From Patescibacteria group bacterium (GTDB lineage: Bacteria > Patescibacteriota > Minisyncoccia > UBA6257 > JACRHW01): a stretch of 64,000 nucleotides of DNA. Below, piece by piece: positions 10,812-20,731 of the stretch; position 1 is the stretch's first letter, and every line of letters begins with the position of its first letter. Under the pieces are notes generated by a model. The model searched no databases and was not told the origin of the DNA. It worked only from the letters and a program-made list of their open reading frames with translations. The translations under genes and the position numbers were made by a program. The stretch covers positions 1,697-65,696 of the forward strand of contig JAGWJP010000003.1 in assembly GCA_028865725.1 (NCBI GenBank), given 5' to 3'.

Positions 10812-11438
10812 ATGAAAACGGTATTGGTCTTGATTTTTATGGGCGGTGTAGCGTATTTTTTGATTCCCCAATTTTTAAACGCTTCTTCTGATACATATCT
10901 CTCATTCCTTTCCTCTCCACTGAGTACCGCGGGGACACATGCAGTAGCAACACTTGCAAATGGAACGCGCACTGCCATCACCACTGGCACCACAAATGTG
11001 AAAAATAGCATACAACACGAGATTTATCAGCTCGCACGATCTGCAGCAAAGCAAGGCATCCAATCGCTCAGCGCATCATTCGGTATCTCAGATGCAACTA
11101 CAAAGGATGCGGGCACCGCCCCTTCTTCTCCCACATTTCTCTCCACAACCGACACCTCAGCTGTTCACAATGCAAGTTCCTCGGTTACCTTTTGTCCGCT
11201 CTATAATAAAAATGAGGATGTGCGCTACACTGTACGCGGCATTACATACACAACTACTCCCTATACCTTTTCGGTCGCCTGGGGCGATGGAGAACGTACA
11301 ACGGCACAGCCTCTCCCCACAGGCCAAGACCTGTCTCTCACTCATCCTTATTCTGCTGCAGGAGACTATACTATAACGCTCTCTCTTTTTGAGGGGGGCA
11401 GCACTTATACTTACGATAAAAGTGTTTGCATCAGATAA
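10812..11438 (+). CDS. Exported/membrane-anchored protein with C-terminal PKD-like domain
   Basis: N-terminal hydrophobic segment, Thr/Ser-rich linker, WGDG...HPY..AGDYTITL. Confidence 0.7.
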   Translation: MKTVLVLIFMGGVAYFLIPQFLNASSDTYLSFLSSPLSTAGTHAVATLANGTRTAITTGTTNVKNSIQHEIYQLARSAAKQGIQSLSASFGISDATTKDAGTAPSSPTFLSTTDTSAVHNASSSVTFCPLYNKNEDVRYTVRGITYTTTPYTFSVAWGDGERTTAQPLPTGQDLSLTHPYSAAGDYTITLSLFEGGSTYTYDKSVCIR

Positions 11439-11525
11439 TGCCATCCCTGTACTTTATAGAGGCCTTTTATTTTCACACAAAAATAACTCCGCATACATAA
11501 AAGCTCCTCAGGAGGAGCCGTTTAT

Positions 11526-12248
11526 TTATTGTTGTTTGTACCACTTCACTAATTCATGGGTGAGCGTGCGCACATCTCTTCTTGCACGGATTCGTGTTGC
11601 AACAACATCAGGATCGGTGATTGTCCGCGTCTGCAAATGAAATGGGTCTATCGTGCGAACTCCACTCAAGTCTTCTCGTCCTGAAATCTGCGGGGTTCCT
11701 TCCATACCCCAAAATATGTGTGTCTGATACATAGTTTCCAAACGATGTCGTGAATCTCCTTCTTTCATGGGTCCGTCAACTCCCACAGTCGCTGTGTCGC
11801 TTTGAATATTGGCCCTCGAAAGTCCAATATTGAATACCTCGAATGTCTTACCATTATAAATCGTGTCTGTCACAATCAGTGCCTTAAGAGGCGCCTTGTT
11901 CCCAAAACGCGTTTTAGGGAGAATACGTGTAAGATAACCTGCGATATCCTCTGGTTTTTGATTGTAATCATAATCCCAGAAACTTCCTCCACCGCTCAAG
12001 GCAAAAAAGACGAGATGCGGATATCCTTTTTCTTTGTACACTTCATTAATCAAACGAAGCAAAATAAGAGAGGGGATTCTCCCCGAGGCCTCATCACTAA
12101 TAAGAAGCTGATACTCGCCCTTTTCGATATGGGGTCGAAGCTTGTTGAGTAATTTTTTTATGGGCCCGCGTAACTCCTCGATCGCAGGGAGAAGCTCCAC
12201 GTGTTCTTTCTCCTCTCTTCGTTGAGAAATACTAGGTGATTGATGCAT
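11526..12248 (-). CDS. Hypothetical protein, possible phosphoribosyltransferase-like fold
   Basis: ALIVTDTIYNGKT resembles the PRPP-binding loop VLIVDDxxxTGxT; 240 aa ORF. Confidence 0.6.
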   Translation of the reverse strand: MHQSPSISQRREEKEHVELLPAIEELRGPIKKLLNKLRPHIEKGEYQLLISDEASGRIPSLILLRLINEVYKEKGYPHLVFFALSGGGSFWDYDYNQKPEDIAGYLTRILPKTRFGNKAPLKALIVTDTIYNGKTFEVFNIGLSRANIQSDTATVGVDGPMKEGDSRHRLETMYQTHIFWGMEGTPQISGREDLSGVRTIDPFHLQTRTITDPDVVATRIRARRDVRTLTHELVKWYKQQ

Positions 12249-12286
12249 AGCAGAATAGTACCTCTTCTTTCATGTAAAATCCAGAT

Positions 12287-12658
12287 CTACTTTTTCTGGA
12301 GATCGAGGCAAATAGAATTAATGCAATATCGTTTTCCTCCCCTCTCACGAGGCCCGTCATCAAACACGTGACCCAAATGTGCACCGCACTGTTTGCATAT
12401 CACCTCCGTTCTCCTCATGCCTCCGCTTGTATCTTCACGCAATTCAATATGCTCTCGGTTAGCGGGCTCGGAAAAACTGGGCCACCCTGTACCGGAATCA
12501 AACTTTGTATCTGAGGAAAACAGTTCGCTTCCGCAGACCGCACAAACATACATACCCCGTTCATGATTATTCCAGTACTTCCCTGTAAAAGGCGCCTCGG
12601 TACCCTGCTCACGTGCCACATGATAGAGCTCTTTTGATAACTCCTCATCTTTTTTCAT
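12287..12658 (-). CDS. msrB: Peptide-methionine (R)-S-oxide reductase
   Basis: GTEAPFTG, KFDSGTGWPSF, HLGHVFDDGP, RYCINS. Confidence 0.97.
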   Translation of the reverse strand: MKKDEELSKELYHVAREQGTEAPFTGKYWNNHERGMYVCAVCGSELFSSDTKFDSGTGWPSFSEPANREHIELREDTSGGMRRTEVICKQCGAHLGHVFDDGPRERGGKRYCINSICLDLQKK

Positions 12659-12666
12659 AATAGTAG

Positions 12667-13206
12667 TTATTGTGTTAACAAATCATTAAATCGTTTTTTA
12701 AGCGTGTCGAGTTTTGGGTTGATAACGAGCGCGCAGTAGGGCTGGGTTTTGTTGCGCTCATAAAACCGTTTTTGATAATCTTCCGCCTCATAAAAAATAT
12801 CGAGTGGCTTGATTTCAGTAACCACGGGGAGACTAGATCCCGGCATATTGAGTTCGTGTATAAACGCACGCGCCTCATCTTTTTGTGTATCCAAAGTATA
12901 CAAAATAATCGAGCGGTATTCCGTGCCCACATCGTTACCCTGACGATTCAGTGTCGTAGGGTCGTGAGTCGCAAAAAACACGGTCAGAATATCATGAAAC
13001 GAGATAATCGCCGGATCAAACTCCACTTTTATTACCTCGGCATGCCCCGTTGCCCCTGAACATACTTCTTCATATGTAGGATTTTGGGTACTCCCTCCTG
13101 CATATCCCGGCGTCACAGCCCTCACTCCTTTTAATGAAGCAAACACCGCCTCGGTACACCAAAAACATCCCCCTCCCAACACAACAACTTCAGTATGCGT
13201 ATCCAT
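12667..13206 (-). CDS. msrA: Peptide-methionine (S)-S-oxide reductase
   Basis: GGGCFWC, GYAGG, HDPTTLNRQGND, FYEAEDYQ. Confidence 0.97.
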   Translation of the reverse strand: MDTHTEVVVLGGGCFWCTEAVFASLKGVRAVTPGYAGGSTQNPTYEEVCSGATGHAEVIKVEFDPAIISFHDILTVFFATHDPTTLNRQGNDVGTEYRSIILYTLDTQKDEARAFIHELNMPGSSLPVVTEIKPLDIFYEAEDYQKRFYERNKTQPYCALVINPKLDTLKKRFNDLLTQ

Positions 13207-13290
13207 ATACTCATGATAAAAGGAATGCGACCCTTTGTCACTCTGGAAAAAAATACGCCACGATGTGGCGGTTAGTTATATGTGTGTATC

Positions 13291-13686
13291 TTACGCATGA
13301 AAAGAACGCGTATTTGTCACTGCACTCATTAAGTTCATATCGGGATTTCCCACAATGTCGTTTTTTATAAGACTCTTGTACGCTTCGCGCATCTCATCAA
13401 TCTCTTTTTGTAATTCTTCTTTATAAGACTTCGGGTGCGGAAATTTATGAAGAAGACCTACCCTGTCTTCAAGATTATGATGCCAGTCTTCAACGCTATT
13501 GGGACATACCGCACGCACCCCATATCCCGGATAGCCGCCCATGACGACCTTATTTGTCAATGCGGCGCATATAGGACACAGAAACACCTGCAAACTCCGA
13601 AACGAATCTCCGCGTTGATTGGGATATGTCTTTCTACGCAAATCATAGAGTTGCACATCATTGGTATCGCTCATAAGCCCATCCAT
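13291..13686 (-). CDS. Hypothetical protein with CxxC motif
   Basis: 131 aa ORF with CPIC; AGAGG-like SD upstream. Confidence 0.6.
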   Translation of the reverse strand: MDGLMSDTNDVQLYDLRRKTYPNQRGDSFRSLQVFLCPICAALTNKVVMGGYPGYGVRAVCPNSVEDWHHNLEDRVGLLHKFPHPKSYKEELQKEIDEMREAYKSLIKNDIVGNPDMNLMSAVTNTRSFHA

Positions 13687-13844
13687 CCTCTTCTAAATGA
13701 TCTATCACCACCATACCTCACGATACCGGCGCATGCAATATGCCACGCGCGACGATGCGCTTCACCGTCTATTCACGCACAAAAAGATTGCAATGATCCT
13801 GCAGACTTTGTGGCAACGAGAATGCAAATTCAAGTATATTTATT

Positions 13845-14117
13845 AGACCTATGGGAGCGAATCCCCATCGCTGCACGCATGGGGGATAGAGCCGAAGCCC
13901 GGAACAAAGCGAGGGTCTCAAAAACTTAGAGAATCGTATCGATGCGCAGGAAGGGGGCGCGCGATTCGATACTCCTTGGCGAAAAGCGAAGGAATCAAGA
14001 AGCACAATGGGCATAAGCCCGCGGAAGGGTATTTGATTTCTCATTAATTCTCCTGTATTTTTAATTATGGCAACCCCATGTTTGCACCACACATGGGTCG
14101 CCTGGTTGAAATTTCAT
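13845..14117 (+). ncRNA. Candidate structured non-coding RNA upstream of tRNA-Ser (unassigned)
   Basis: Nested complementary segments including a four-way junction at 13929-14042; G-U pairs favour the + strand; TATATT -10-like box at 13835. Confidence 0.5.
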
Positions 14118-14127
14118 TTCAATCTAA

Positions 14128-14214
14128 GGAGAGGTGGCTGAGCGGCCGAAAGCGCCTCACTGCTAACGAGGTAGGGGGTAACACCCCTCGTGGGTTCGAA
14201 TCCCACCCTCTCCG
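14128..14214 (+). tRNA. tRNA-Ser(GCT)
   Basis: GGAGAGG/CCTCTCC acceptor stem, anticodon loop CTGCTAA, long variable arm GGGG-GTAACA-CCCC, T-loop GGTTCGAATCC. Confidence 0.95.
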
Positions 14215-14299
14215 CATTGACATTTTTGTATCAGTGTGACCTTATTATTCGAGGTAGTGGGGCGGGTATCGGAGTGACCCATGCGGTTCGAGTCCTATT

Positions 14300-14361
14300 C
14301 TCTCCGCAAATGGGATTTCTGGTGAAAAAGCCTTGATGGGAACAGAGCTTTTTGGTTCTAA
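14300..14361 (+). repeat. 62-bp direct repeat, copy 1 (tRNA-Ser 3' end plus terminator-like hairpin)
   Basis: CTCTCCGCAAATGGGATT...AAAAGCCTTGATGG...GCTTTTTGGTTCTAA; 54/62 identical to 15083-15144. Confidence 0.85.
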
Positions 14362-14409
14362 TATAGAGCATCGTTGACCATATCGGAGGATTTCTGTATA
14401 GTGCATAGT

Positions 14410-15006
14410 ATGATAAAAGCAGTTATTTTTGACCTCAACGGGATTTTTATTCAAAGCCCAAAATTGAGTGATAGGTTTGAAAGCGATTTTCATATTCCTA
14501 CCACTGAATTTATTCCTAAATTGTCAGAAATAATGGATAATGTGCGACAACCTAATGCAGGTGCCGCATTCCAATACTGGAAACCCGCGTTGGAAGAGTG
14601 GAACGTCCATCTTACAGAACAGGAGTTCTGGGACTACTGGTTCGGGGCGGAAACAGTGTCCGAACAAATAGTGAACTTTGCGAGAGAATTAAAAAACAAG
14701 GGCATCCGCATTTTTGTCCTCTCTAACAACTTCAAAGAACGAGCCGACTACTATGGACACTATCCCTGGATGCACGAGGTGGTGGACAAAGCATATTTTT
14801 CTTGGCAGACAGGGTTTGTGAAACCCGATGAGAGAGCATGGATTTTGGTATGCTCCGAAAATAACCTCACGCCAGAAGAATGCCTTTACTTCGACGACCA
14901 GGTGAAAAACACCAATGCAGCAGAACACGTAGGCATGAAAGCTTTCATGTTCACAGGTGAAAACGAGTTACGAAAGACGGTAAACGAGTGCCTCAACGAA
15001 CATTGA
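14410..15006 (+). CDS. HAD-superfamily hydrolase/phosphatase
   Basis: MIKAVIFDLNG (motif I), LSNN, KP, FDD..N..AA. Confidence 0.9.
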   Translation: MIKAVIFDLNGIFIQSPKLSDRFESDFHIPTTEFIPKLSEIMDNVRQPNAGAAFQYWKPALEEWNVHLTEQEFWDYWFGAETVSEQIVNFARELKNKGIRIFVLSNNFKERADYYGHYPWMHEVVDKAYFSWQTGFVKPDERAWILVCSENNLTPEECLYFDDQVKNTNAAEHVGMKAFMFTGENELRKTVNECLNEH

Positions 15007-15082
15007 GGCCTTTTCTTTTAGAAACTAGGAATATAAAACCGAGTGGTGGTATACAGGAAAAAGGTTCTAACCTCATCCACTA

Positions 15083-15144
15083 CTCTCCGCAAATGGGATT
15101 TTTGCTTGAAAAGCCTTGATGGTATCACGGCTTTTTGGTTCTAA
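15083..15144 (+). repeat. 62-bp direct repeat, copy 2
   Basis: Matches 14300-14361 at 54/62 positions; contains the hairpin AAAAGCC-TTGAT-GGT-ATCAC-GGCTTTT. Confidence 0.85.
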
Positions 15145-15209
15145 CCAAAAAGTTGACAAAATTAAATTATTATATTTGTATTATATCAGCACCCCAAAGG
15201 AGGTAACTA

Positions 15210-15656
15210 ATGTCACGACGCAATAGCCTGTGGGAAAAGGAGATTGGGAGCGTAGGGATTGATGCGGCACTTCTTGACCGTCTTCGATTTCATGGAGCTC
15301 TTACTGTCAGCGGAGTCATGGAATGCACCCAGCGTGGGAGACAGACCATCCTGAAACATTTCAAACGACTCGTAGAAAACAGGCAGGCACAATGGCGTCA
15401 GAAGGGAAATATGAGTACGATAACTCTCTTCAAGTATCCGCCCATTTCGCCCAGAACCCCTGTGAAAACAACTGAACCCAATATGGCTCTTCAAAGGGAG
15501 TGGACAGATGAGGGGTGGGAAAGTAAGAAGTGGGGTATCCGAGGTGAAGTTATCACCCATCACGATTCCCATGGTCTTTGCTATGAAGTAAGACATGAGG
15601 ACGGAACAAGAGGATATTATGACCCCTCCGAACTGGAAGTCATCTTGCTGGGATGA
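15210..15656 (+). CDS. Hypothetical protein, possible N-terminal winged HTH
   Basis: TTGACA at 15153, SD AAAGGAGG; LTVSGV..CT.RGRQTI.KHFKRLVE HTH-like pattern. Confidence 0.65.
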   Translation: MSRRNSLWEKEIGSVGIDAALLDRLRFHGALTVSGVMECTQRGRQTILKHFKRLVENRQAQWRQKGNMSTITLFKYPPISPRTPVKTTEPNMALQREWTDEGWESKKWGIRGEVITHHDSHGLCYEVRHEDGTRGYYDPSELEVILLG

Positions 15657-15666
15657 AGCAATCCCC

Positions 15667-16122
15667 ATGAGAGAGCCGCATGCAAAAAAGTCTGATTTTT
15701 ATTTCAAACCGTGCGGAAAGGCTCGTGCATTCTTTACCACATGCGGTCACGTAGGGACGCTTCAATTTGACGTCGTGATACAAACAAACTGCAGAACGAT
15801 CACCCTGCTTAATCCCGAAGAAAGCCTTGCACGGCAAAAGAAAGGAATAAAAAACATAGATACGTATTGCGGGCGCTGCTATTTTGAATCAATCAAGAAA
15901 TTCGCAATCCGTTGCTGTTTCTGCGGAGATCCAATTCTTCCAGGCGATAGGGTGGGAACTTATAGTAAATCGTGTGCGCTCATTCGGAAAGAGATTACTA
16001 CCTTTGTGGAAGATGAAGTACTAGGATGCATGAAAGAAGGGTGTGGCTTCGCAGGTGCATTCGGAGGTTACTGGAGTGCGGAAGGATTCATCCCCGCATT
16101 TCCCCAAAAAGATACGACATAA
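15667..16122 (+). CDS. Cys-rich hypothetical protein
   Basis: Several CxxC/CC motifs; terminator ACCGAGG-ATT-CCTCGGT at 16133-16149. Confidence 0.6.
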   Translation: MREPHAKKSDFYFKPCGKARAFFTTCGHVGTLQFDVVIQTNCRTITLLNPEESLARQKKGIKNIDTYCGRCYFESIKKFAIRCCFCGDPILPGDRVGTYSKSCALIRKEITTFVEDEVLGCMKEGCGFAGAFGGYWSAEGFIPAFPQKDTT

Positions 16123-16276
16123 AAAGATCAGGACCGAGGATTCCTCGGTTTTTTGTTAGCCTTCAAAACGTATTTGTGCCATATGTAAAAAACTCAATGT
16201 GAGTAAGGACAGTAGAAAAAATAAATCATCATTTATTCGACCCATGCCATGTTACATGCTTTTTTAGACCATATGC

Positions 16277-18493
16277 TTAGATACATGAAAACCTGCATAA
16301 CCTTTCTATCTCTCGACCAAGCGCTCGTGCGTCCATGTTCCCCACACGATACTGTTCCGAGAAATGAATAAGACGTGTGTTCAGCTCATGCATGGTAAGA
16401 AAATTTTGATTCTTCTCTGCGAGGCCGTACGCCCAATGCGCCTTATTATTGAGAAATCTTAATCTATCAAATGCGTGCAAGAGCCAAAAAAGATCACGCA
16501 CAAACCTTCTCGTTTCGCGCACAAACCTTCCTTGATTCTGTACAGTAACCACCTCATTCTTCAAAAACTCCTCTCCTTGCGGAAGAGATGTGGGGGCGGA
16601 TTCAATGTGTGCAAACGCAGTCGTGCGGAGAAGCAGATCGAATGCTTTTTCTTCCGCATGCCGCGTACTATATAAATGCGCTATATTTCTGAAGAGTTCG
16701 GACATATCAAGCAAACTAGGATCGCTCCACCCAGGAAGCGGGGAATACAAATTCAAACTTACGTAGGAGGCACGTATTTTTTTAGACAGAATTTCGAATC
16801 GATGAGAAAGATCAATAATACGTTCCGTTTCGGAAGAAGCCAACGCGGCCTCCACATCATTAACCCCAAGAAGAGAGAGCATGCAACGGGCAAGATGCAT
16901 TTTCCGATATGCCACAAATCTCTTCTTCCAGCCCGCATCACTGATATGTTTAATTTCTGTGAGACGATGTAATACTTTCATGAGTCCCGTTCCTTCATGA
17001 CCAAATCGAGTACAAAGATGGTGGGAAGACGAAGTATAATAAGGACCCCGATATCTCACAAATGATGCGGACTCCAAATCGATAAGATGTCCGCTCAATG
17101 AGTAGTTTCCCATCGACCACGCACCGAGCATAAACCGATATGCAAAACACTCGGCGTCGAGCATAGCATACTCTCTCACCATGTTCTCAAAATCTATCGG
17201 AATCTCCGGATTCTGCTCTACATGACTCGGTCGATCGAGACTTCCTCCATCAACACGTACAAGGAGCGCGAGGGGAATCGGATTCGCATTCCACTTGCGC
17301 AAGACGCTATGCCTTAATGCAAAAAGAAGGGGATGGACCGGCACGCGCGGCATGAACCTATTAATCCAATGAGCAAGGATGACTCTGCGCATGGCCCCGA
17401 TTAATTCTGCCTCGCCGGTACTATGGCTCGGCACCGTACTCCGACAGAGGGTCGTTTTACCGACACCAAGGATATTATAGTCATCACCACAATAGACTGC
17501 TCTCCCTGAACCGATATTGCCGCTCAAACTGATGTCAGTTTTGTCTTTTTGTCGATCAGCATACACCAGCACACGATTCGCCGCGCTGCTTTCGTCATGA
17601 TGAAGCACAAGAGCGAACTGTCGAACATTTTGTAGGGTGGAATTTTTTTTCCACGCTGTGTTGAAATAAGTGTTATCCTTGTACACGATATCGTATTCAT
17701 CTGATAACAGGAGCCGTGCGCGTTGCGGAACAAAAAGAGAACGCCCTAATCTGTCCATAGCTGCAGGTGTCTGAACCTCAATAAAGCCAACCCGCGAATA
17801 TTTTGCCACCAGCCACCACCGAGGATGACTCTTCGCGTTGCATGAGGGAGGAGGACATGCGGTAACTCTATAATTACGATAGAACTCTTGTAATTTGCGG
17901 AGTACGACAACGCCGCTCTCTTCGCGCTTATAAAGCTTTTTTATAGCGAGTGCGCGACTTGGATACTGGCTTACTACTACATAATGAGGCCTCAAATGAC
18001 GAATGGCCGCTTTCCATACTGTGAGACTTTTTTTGATCCCCAACGCATAGTCATCATCTTTCAACGAGTCATACCATTTTTTAAGATTGGGAGCGACACG
18101 CGTCTTGCTGTGTTTTTCCTTGGAGAAAAAATTCCGATCTGCCCTATACGCCATCACCATATCATCAAATGGGTGGTTCGCCACCAATGCATCGACTCGC
18201 GTAGGAAGATCAACACCCACAACCACATCTTGAAGCAATTTACATACTAATCGTATTTTCGCGCGCGGTAATAGACGTTTATATGCCTGCTCAATATGTG
18301 CGGCCGCGCGCAGATCCGGTTCCACCACGTACACAATTCCTGCAAAATCAAGCAAGGAAAGCGCGCGACCAATTTTCGGTTCATAGCCCGGCGCTATCTC
18401 GACTACAACACCATTGCACGGCAACTCGATATGAAGAAAAATAGTATGCCAAATACGCGAAGTAGCAGGTACAAGCGTTTTCTCTTTAGACAT
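16277..18493 (-). CDS. Fusion of a class I SAM-methyltransferase-like N-terminal domain and a SelO/YdiU(MchC)-like C-terminal domain
   Basis: VVEIAPG...VYVVEPD...VANHPFDD; then GSGRA...LGVGKT...GNYSLSGHLIDL, resembling SelO GDGRA/KGxG/DNxSxxGxxIDY. Confidence 0.6.
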   Translation of the reverse strand: MSKEKTLVPATSRIWHTIFLHIELPCNGVVVEIAPGYEPKIGRALSLLDFAGIVYVVEPDLRAAAHIEQAYKRLLPRAKIRLVCKLLQDVVVGVDLPTRVDALVANHPFDDMVMAYRADRNFFSKEKHSKTRVAPNLKKWYDSLKDDDYALGIKKSLTVWKAAIRHLRPHYVVVSQYPSRALAIKKLYKREESGVVVLRKLQEFYRNYRVTACPPPSCNAKSHPRWWLVAKYSRVGFIEVQTPAAMDRLGRSLFVPQRARLLLSDEYDIVYKDNTYFNTAWKKNSTLQNVRQFALVLHHDESSAANRVLVYADRQKDKTDISLSGNIGSGRAVYCGDDYNILGVGKTTLCRSTVPSHSTGEAELIGAMRRVILAHWINRFMPRVPVHPLLFALRHSVLRKWNANPIPLALLVRVDGGSLDRPSHVEQNPEIPIDFENMVREYAMLDAECFAYRFMLGAWSMGNYSLSGHLIDLESASFVRYRGPYYTSSSHHLCTRFGHEGTGLMKVLHRLTEIKHISDAGWKKRFVAYRKMHLARCMLSLLGVNDVEAALASSETERIIDLSHRFEILSKKIRASYVSLNLYSPLPGWSDPSLLDMSELFRNIAHLYSTRHAEEKAFDLLLRTTAFAHIESAPTSLPQGEEFLKNEVVTVQNQGRFVRETRRFVRDLFWLLHAFDRLRFLNNKAHWAYGLAEKNQNFLTMHELNTRLIHFSEQYRVGNMDARALGREIERLCRFSCI

Positions 18494-19928
18494 AAATTTT
18501 TTGCGGGTAAAATGTCAATTGTGCGTTACCAGTGTTTGCTCCTTGCGCAATAGACTGATAGATATGAGAAAGTAGTTGGTTGGTAAATCCATGGAGTACA
18601 AATTCAGAATCATCGGGATTAGCTTCTATAAAATTGAGGAGGGTTACCTCGCGCGCATTCTCATTGTGACCGAAATAATACGCATCATTTCCGTGCAGTT
18701 CTCTCATTTCTTTTCCCATATTTATTTTTTGAAATACCTCCCCTCCTACGATCTTTTTATTTCTAAATACAAGAATCTCAAAATGATCATCGCTCCCCAC
18801 GCCCCCCTCCTCAACAACAGCAAGACTCGGTTCGTGTGACTGATACGAGTGAACGTGAATATTCAAAAAATGAGATACCTGAATAGTCACGCGCTCGTGC
18901 CTCACTCTCCCGTTTCCCTTATACGTATCCTCAGGCAACTCAAACCAGCTCCGACGCGAAAATGAGTTTTGTTGCAGATTAATGGAGCCGGTGGTAATCA
19001 CATTTGGACCCTGCATAAGTTGCGTCGAAATATAGGCATCAAGCTCTCCGAAATGGTCATATCGTATAGGATCGTAAGTACGGTAGAAATCACTAATCTC
19101 TTTTCGGTGAAATAATTTGTCATATGCCTTTTCATTGATTTGGTGAAAAAAGTCATTCGGCGTAAATTTTGCAGTAAACACCCGCACTGCGTCAGGCTGC
19201 GCATGAGGAAGAGCCGCATTCACTCCCGCAAGCCAAGCAAATAAATCTACAAAATGATAGCCGGAATGCATCAGTTTTCCATACCCATATTTGTAAGGAT
19301 GATTCTCCTTGCCAAATTCATGCGGCAAATTCCAGGCGCCGTCGGCATGATACACATCGATATACGAAACAGGGATTTCGAACTCAGACACAAAATCTTT
19401 GAGATAGTTTCGAATGAATGTGTATCCCTTATGATTTCTGCGCTGGCACATAATATAAAATTTCGCCCTACTGCCCTGGCGTGCATGCTCAAGTTCAAGA
19501 TAATCTTCATAGATTTGCCTGGCAGCACGTAAATCCGTGCTTGAATAGAGGGGTGCTGTAACAGGCTTGTCCATAAGAACATGAATGTTGTGCTGCAACG
19601 CCCACATCGCGTAGATTTTATGGACTTTGGGCTCGGTTGAAATAATTATTCCATCGATATGTTCTGTCTCTACAAGCCGCTCCAGTTCCTGCAACACAAG
19701 AGGATCAAGCGAGGTGCCGGCGCGATTTGATGCATTATCGGGAATAAAAAGGGTATGTTCGGGCTGGAGGTCGCGCTCAGAAAGATATGTATCTATCTTC
19801 GCAGCCTGACTTTCGAGCTCGATAAGCAGTTTAAGGCTAATTCCGAAACGCGCCCGATACTTCTCTAGGAAGGGGTAATAGATACGTTTTGCATGGGGGC
19901 CAAGGCCGACAAGAATATAGTTTTTCAT
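18486..19928 (-). CDS. Gfo/Idh/MocA family NAD(P)-dependent oxidoreductase
   Basis: ILVGLGPHA Rossmann fold, IISTEP..H, VLMDKP, GKLMHSGYHFVD. Confidence 0.85.
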   Translation of the reverse strand: MKNYILVGLGPHAKRIYYPFLEKYRARFGISLKLLIELESQAAKIDTYLSERDLQPEHTLFIPDNASNRAGTSLDPLVLQELERLVETEHIDGIIISTEPKVHKIYAMWALQHNIHVLMDKPVTAPLYSSTDLRAARQIYEDYLELEHARQGSRAKFYIMCQRRNHKGYTFIRNYLKDFVSEFEIPVSYIDVYHADGAWNLPHEFGKENHPYKYGYGKLMHSGYHFVDLFAWLAGVNAALPHAQPDAVRVFTAKFTPNDFFHQINEKAYDKLFHRKEISDFYRTYDPIRYDHFGELDAYISTQLMQGPNVITTGSINLQQNSFSRRSWFELPEDTYKGNGRVRHERVTIQVSHFLNIHVHSYQSHEPSLAVVEEGGVGSDDHFEILVFRNKKIVGGEVFQKINMGKEMRELHGNDAYYFGHNENAREVTLLNFIEANPDDSEFVLHGFTNQLLSHIYQSIAQGANTGNAQLTFYPQKIYV

Positions 19929-20028
19929 ACACCTCCAGTGTAGGCGCGCATGCCGCGGGGGGCAATACATTATGTCGAATATTTAGACATAAAAAAGAGG
20001 GCATTGCGCCCTCAAGACGGTTGGGATA

Positions 20029-20607
20029 CTACGCGCGTGGCAAAAGTGTTTCAAAAAATTTTGCTAGATATTGTGTGGCTTCACACAACGCGCGGTTGTA
20101 GAGACGAACAATCCTGACACGTTCATTCAAATGTGCACGAAACACCTCATACATATGCAACAGAAACTCATCCTCATGCTTTTGCTCATCACGAATCACC
20201 TCGGGATCCAATGCGCGCATTTTCGCATACCGATCAAGAGCGCGACGTGCAATGATGGCGTTAAACGGAGCATCGATGTGCAAAAGACACACCTCGCTGA
20301 TTTTCTTGCTTTGGGCGATTTGCGCAAGTCTAGAGTAATCAATCTGAGGAATATATCCATCCGGACGGCGCACGGCATAGTGCCAGTGAATCACTACCAC
20401 CGAATTACGGGGCGCGCGAAGAATGGTGTGCACGATAAGCTGCTCCACCTCTTCGGCCGTCTTCATCTTTTTTGTGCCATAGACATAACGCCGAAACAAA
20501 GCCCCTGCATCCCGCATCACAAATTGCCCCTTAAATCTTTTTTGAAGAAACGAAATCAATGTACTCTTTCCCACGCCCTGCACACCGCCCACAAACACCA
20601 CTTTCAT
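20029..20607 (-). CDS. P-loop nucleotide/small-molecule kinase (adenylate kinase-like)
   Basis: VVFVGGVQGVGKST Walker A; IARRALD...R LID-like segment. Confidence 0.8.
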   Translation of the reverse strand: MKVVFVGGVQGVGKSTLISFLQKRFKGQFVMRDAGALFRRYVYGTKKMKTAEEVEQLIVHTILRAPRNSVVVIHWHYAVRRPDGYIPQIDYSRLAQIAQSKKISEVCLLHIDAPFNAIIARRALDRYAKMRALDPEVIRDEQKHEDEFLLHMYEVFRAHLNERVRIVRLYNRALCEATQYLAKFFETLLPRA

Positions 20608-20731
20608 ACGACACTCCTTTATGAAGGTTCTGGCTCGAGTGTACTACGAGCGTCATAATGCACAATACTATCTGTCTAATTTTTTGACAATATCTTGACA
20701 ACACGGCTCTTATAGTTTATGATTCGTGCAT

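Noticed and set aside
13929-14042. Hairpin ribozyme, SRP RNA or glycine riboswitch identity for the four-way junction
   Set aside because: It lacks the hairpin ribozyme N^GUC and GUAUAUUAC loops, the SRP GGAAGCAGC motif and the glycine CUCUCAGG motif. Only partial resemblance.
13435-14092. ORFs 13435-13929(+) and 13769-14092(-)
   Set aside because: No recognisable motifs; they overlap a better ORF and the structured RNA candidate.
20071-20658. 195-aa plus-strand ORF
   Set aside because: Antisense shadow of the P-loop kinase.
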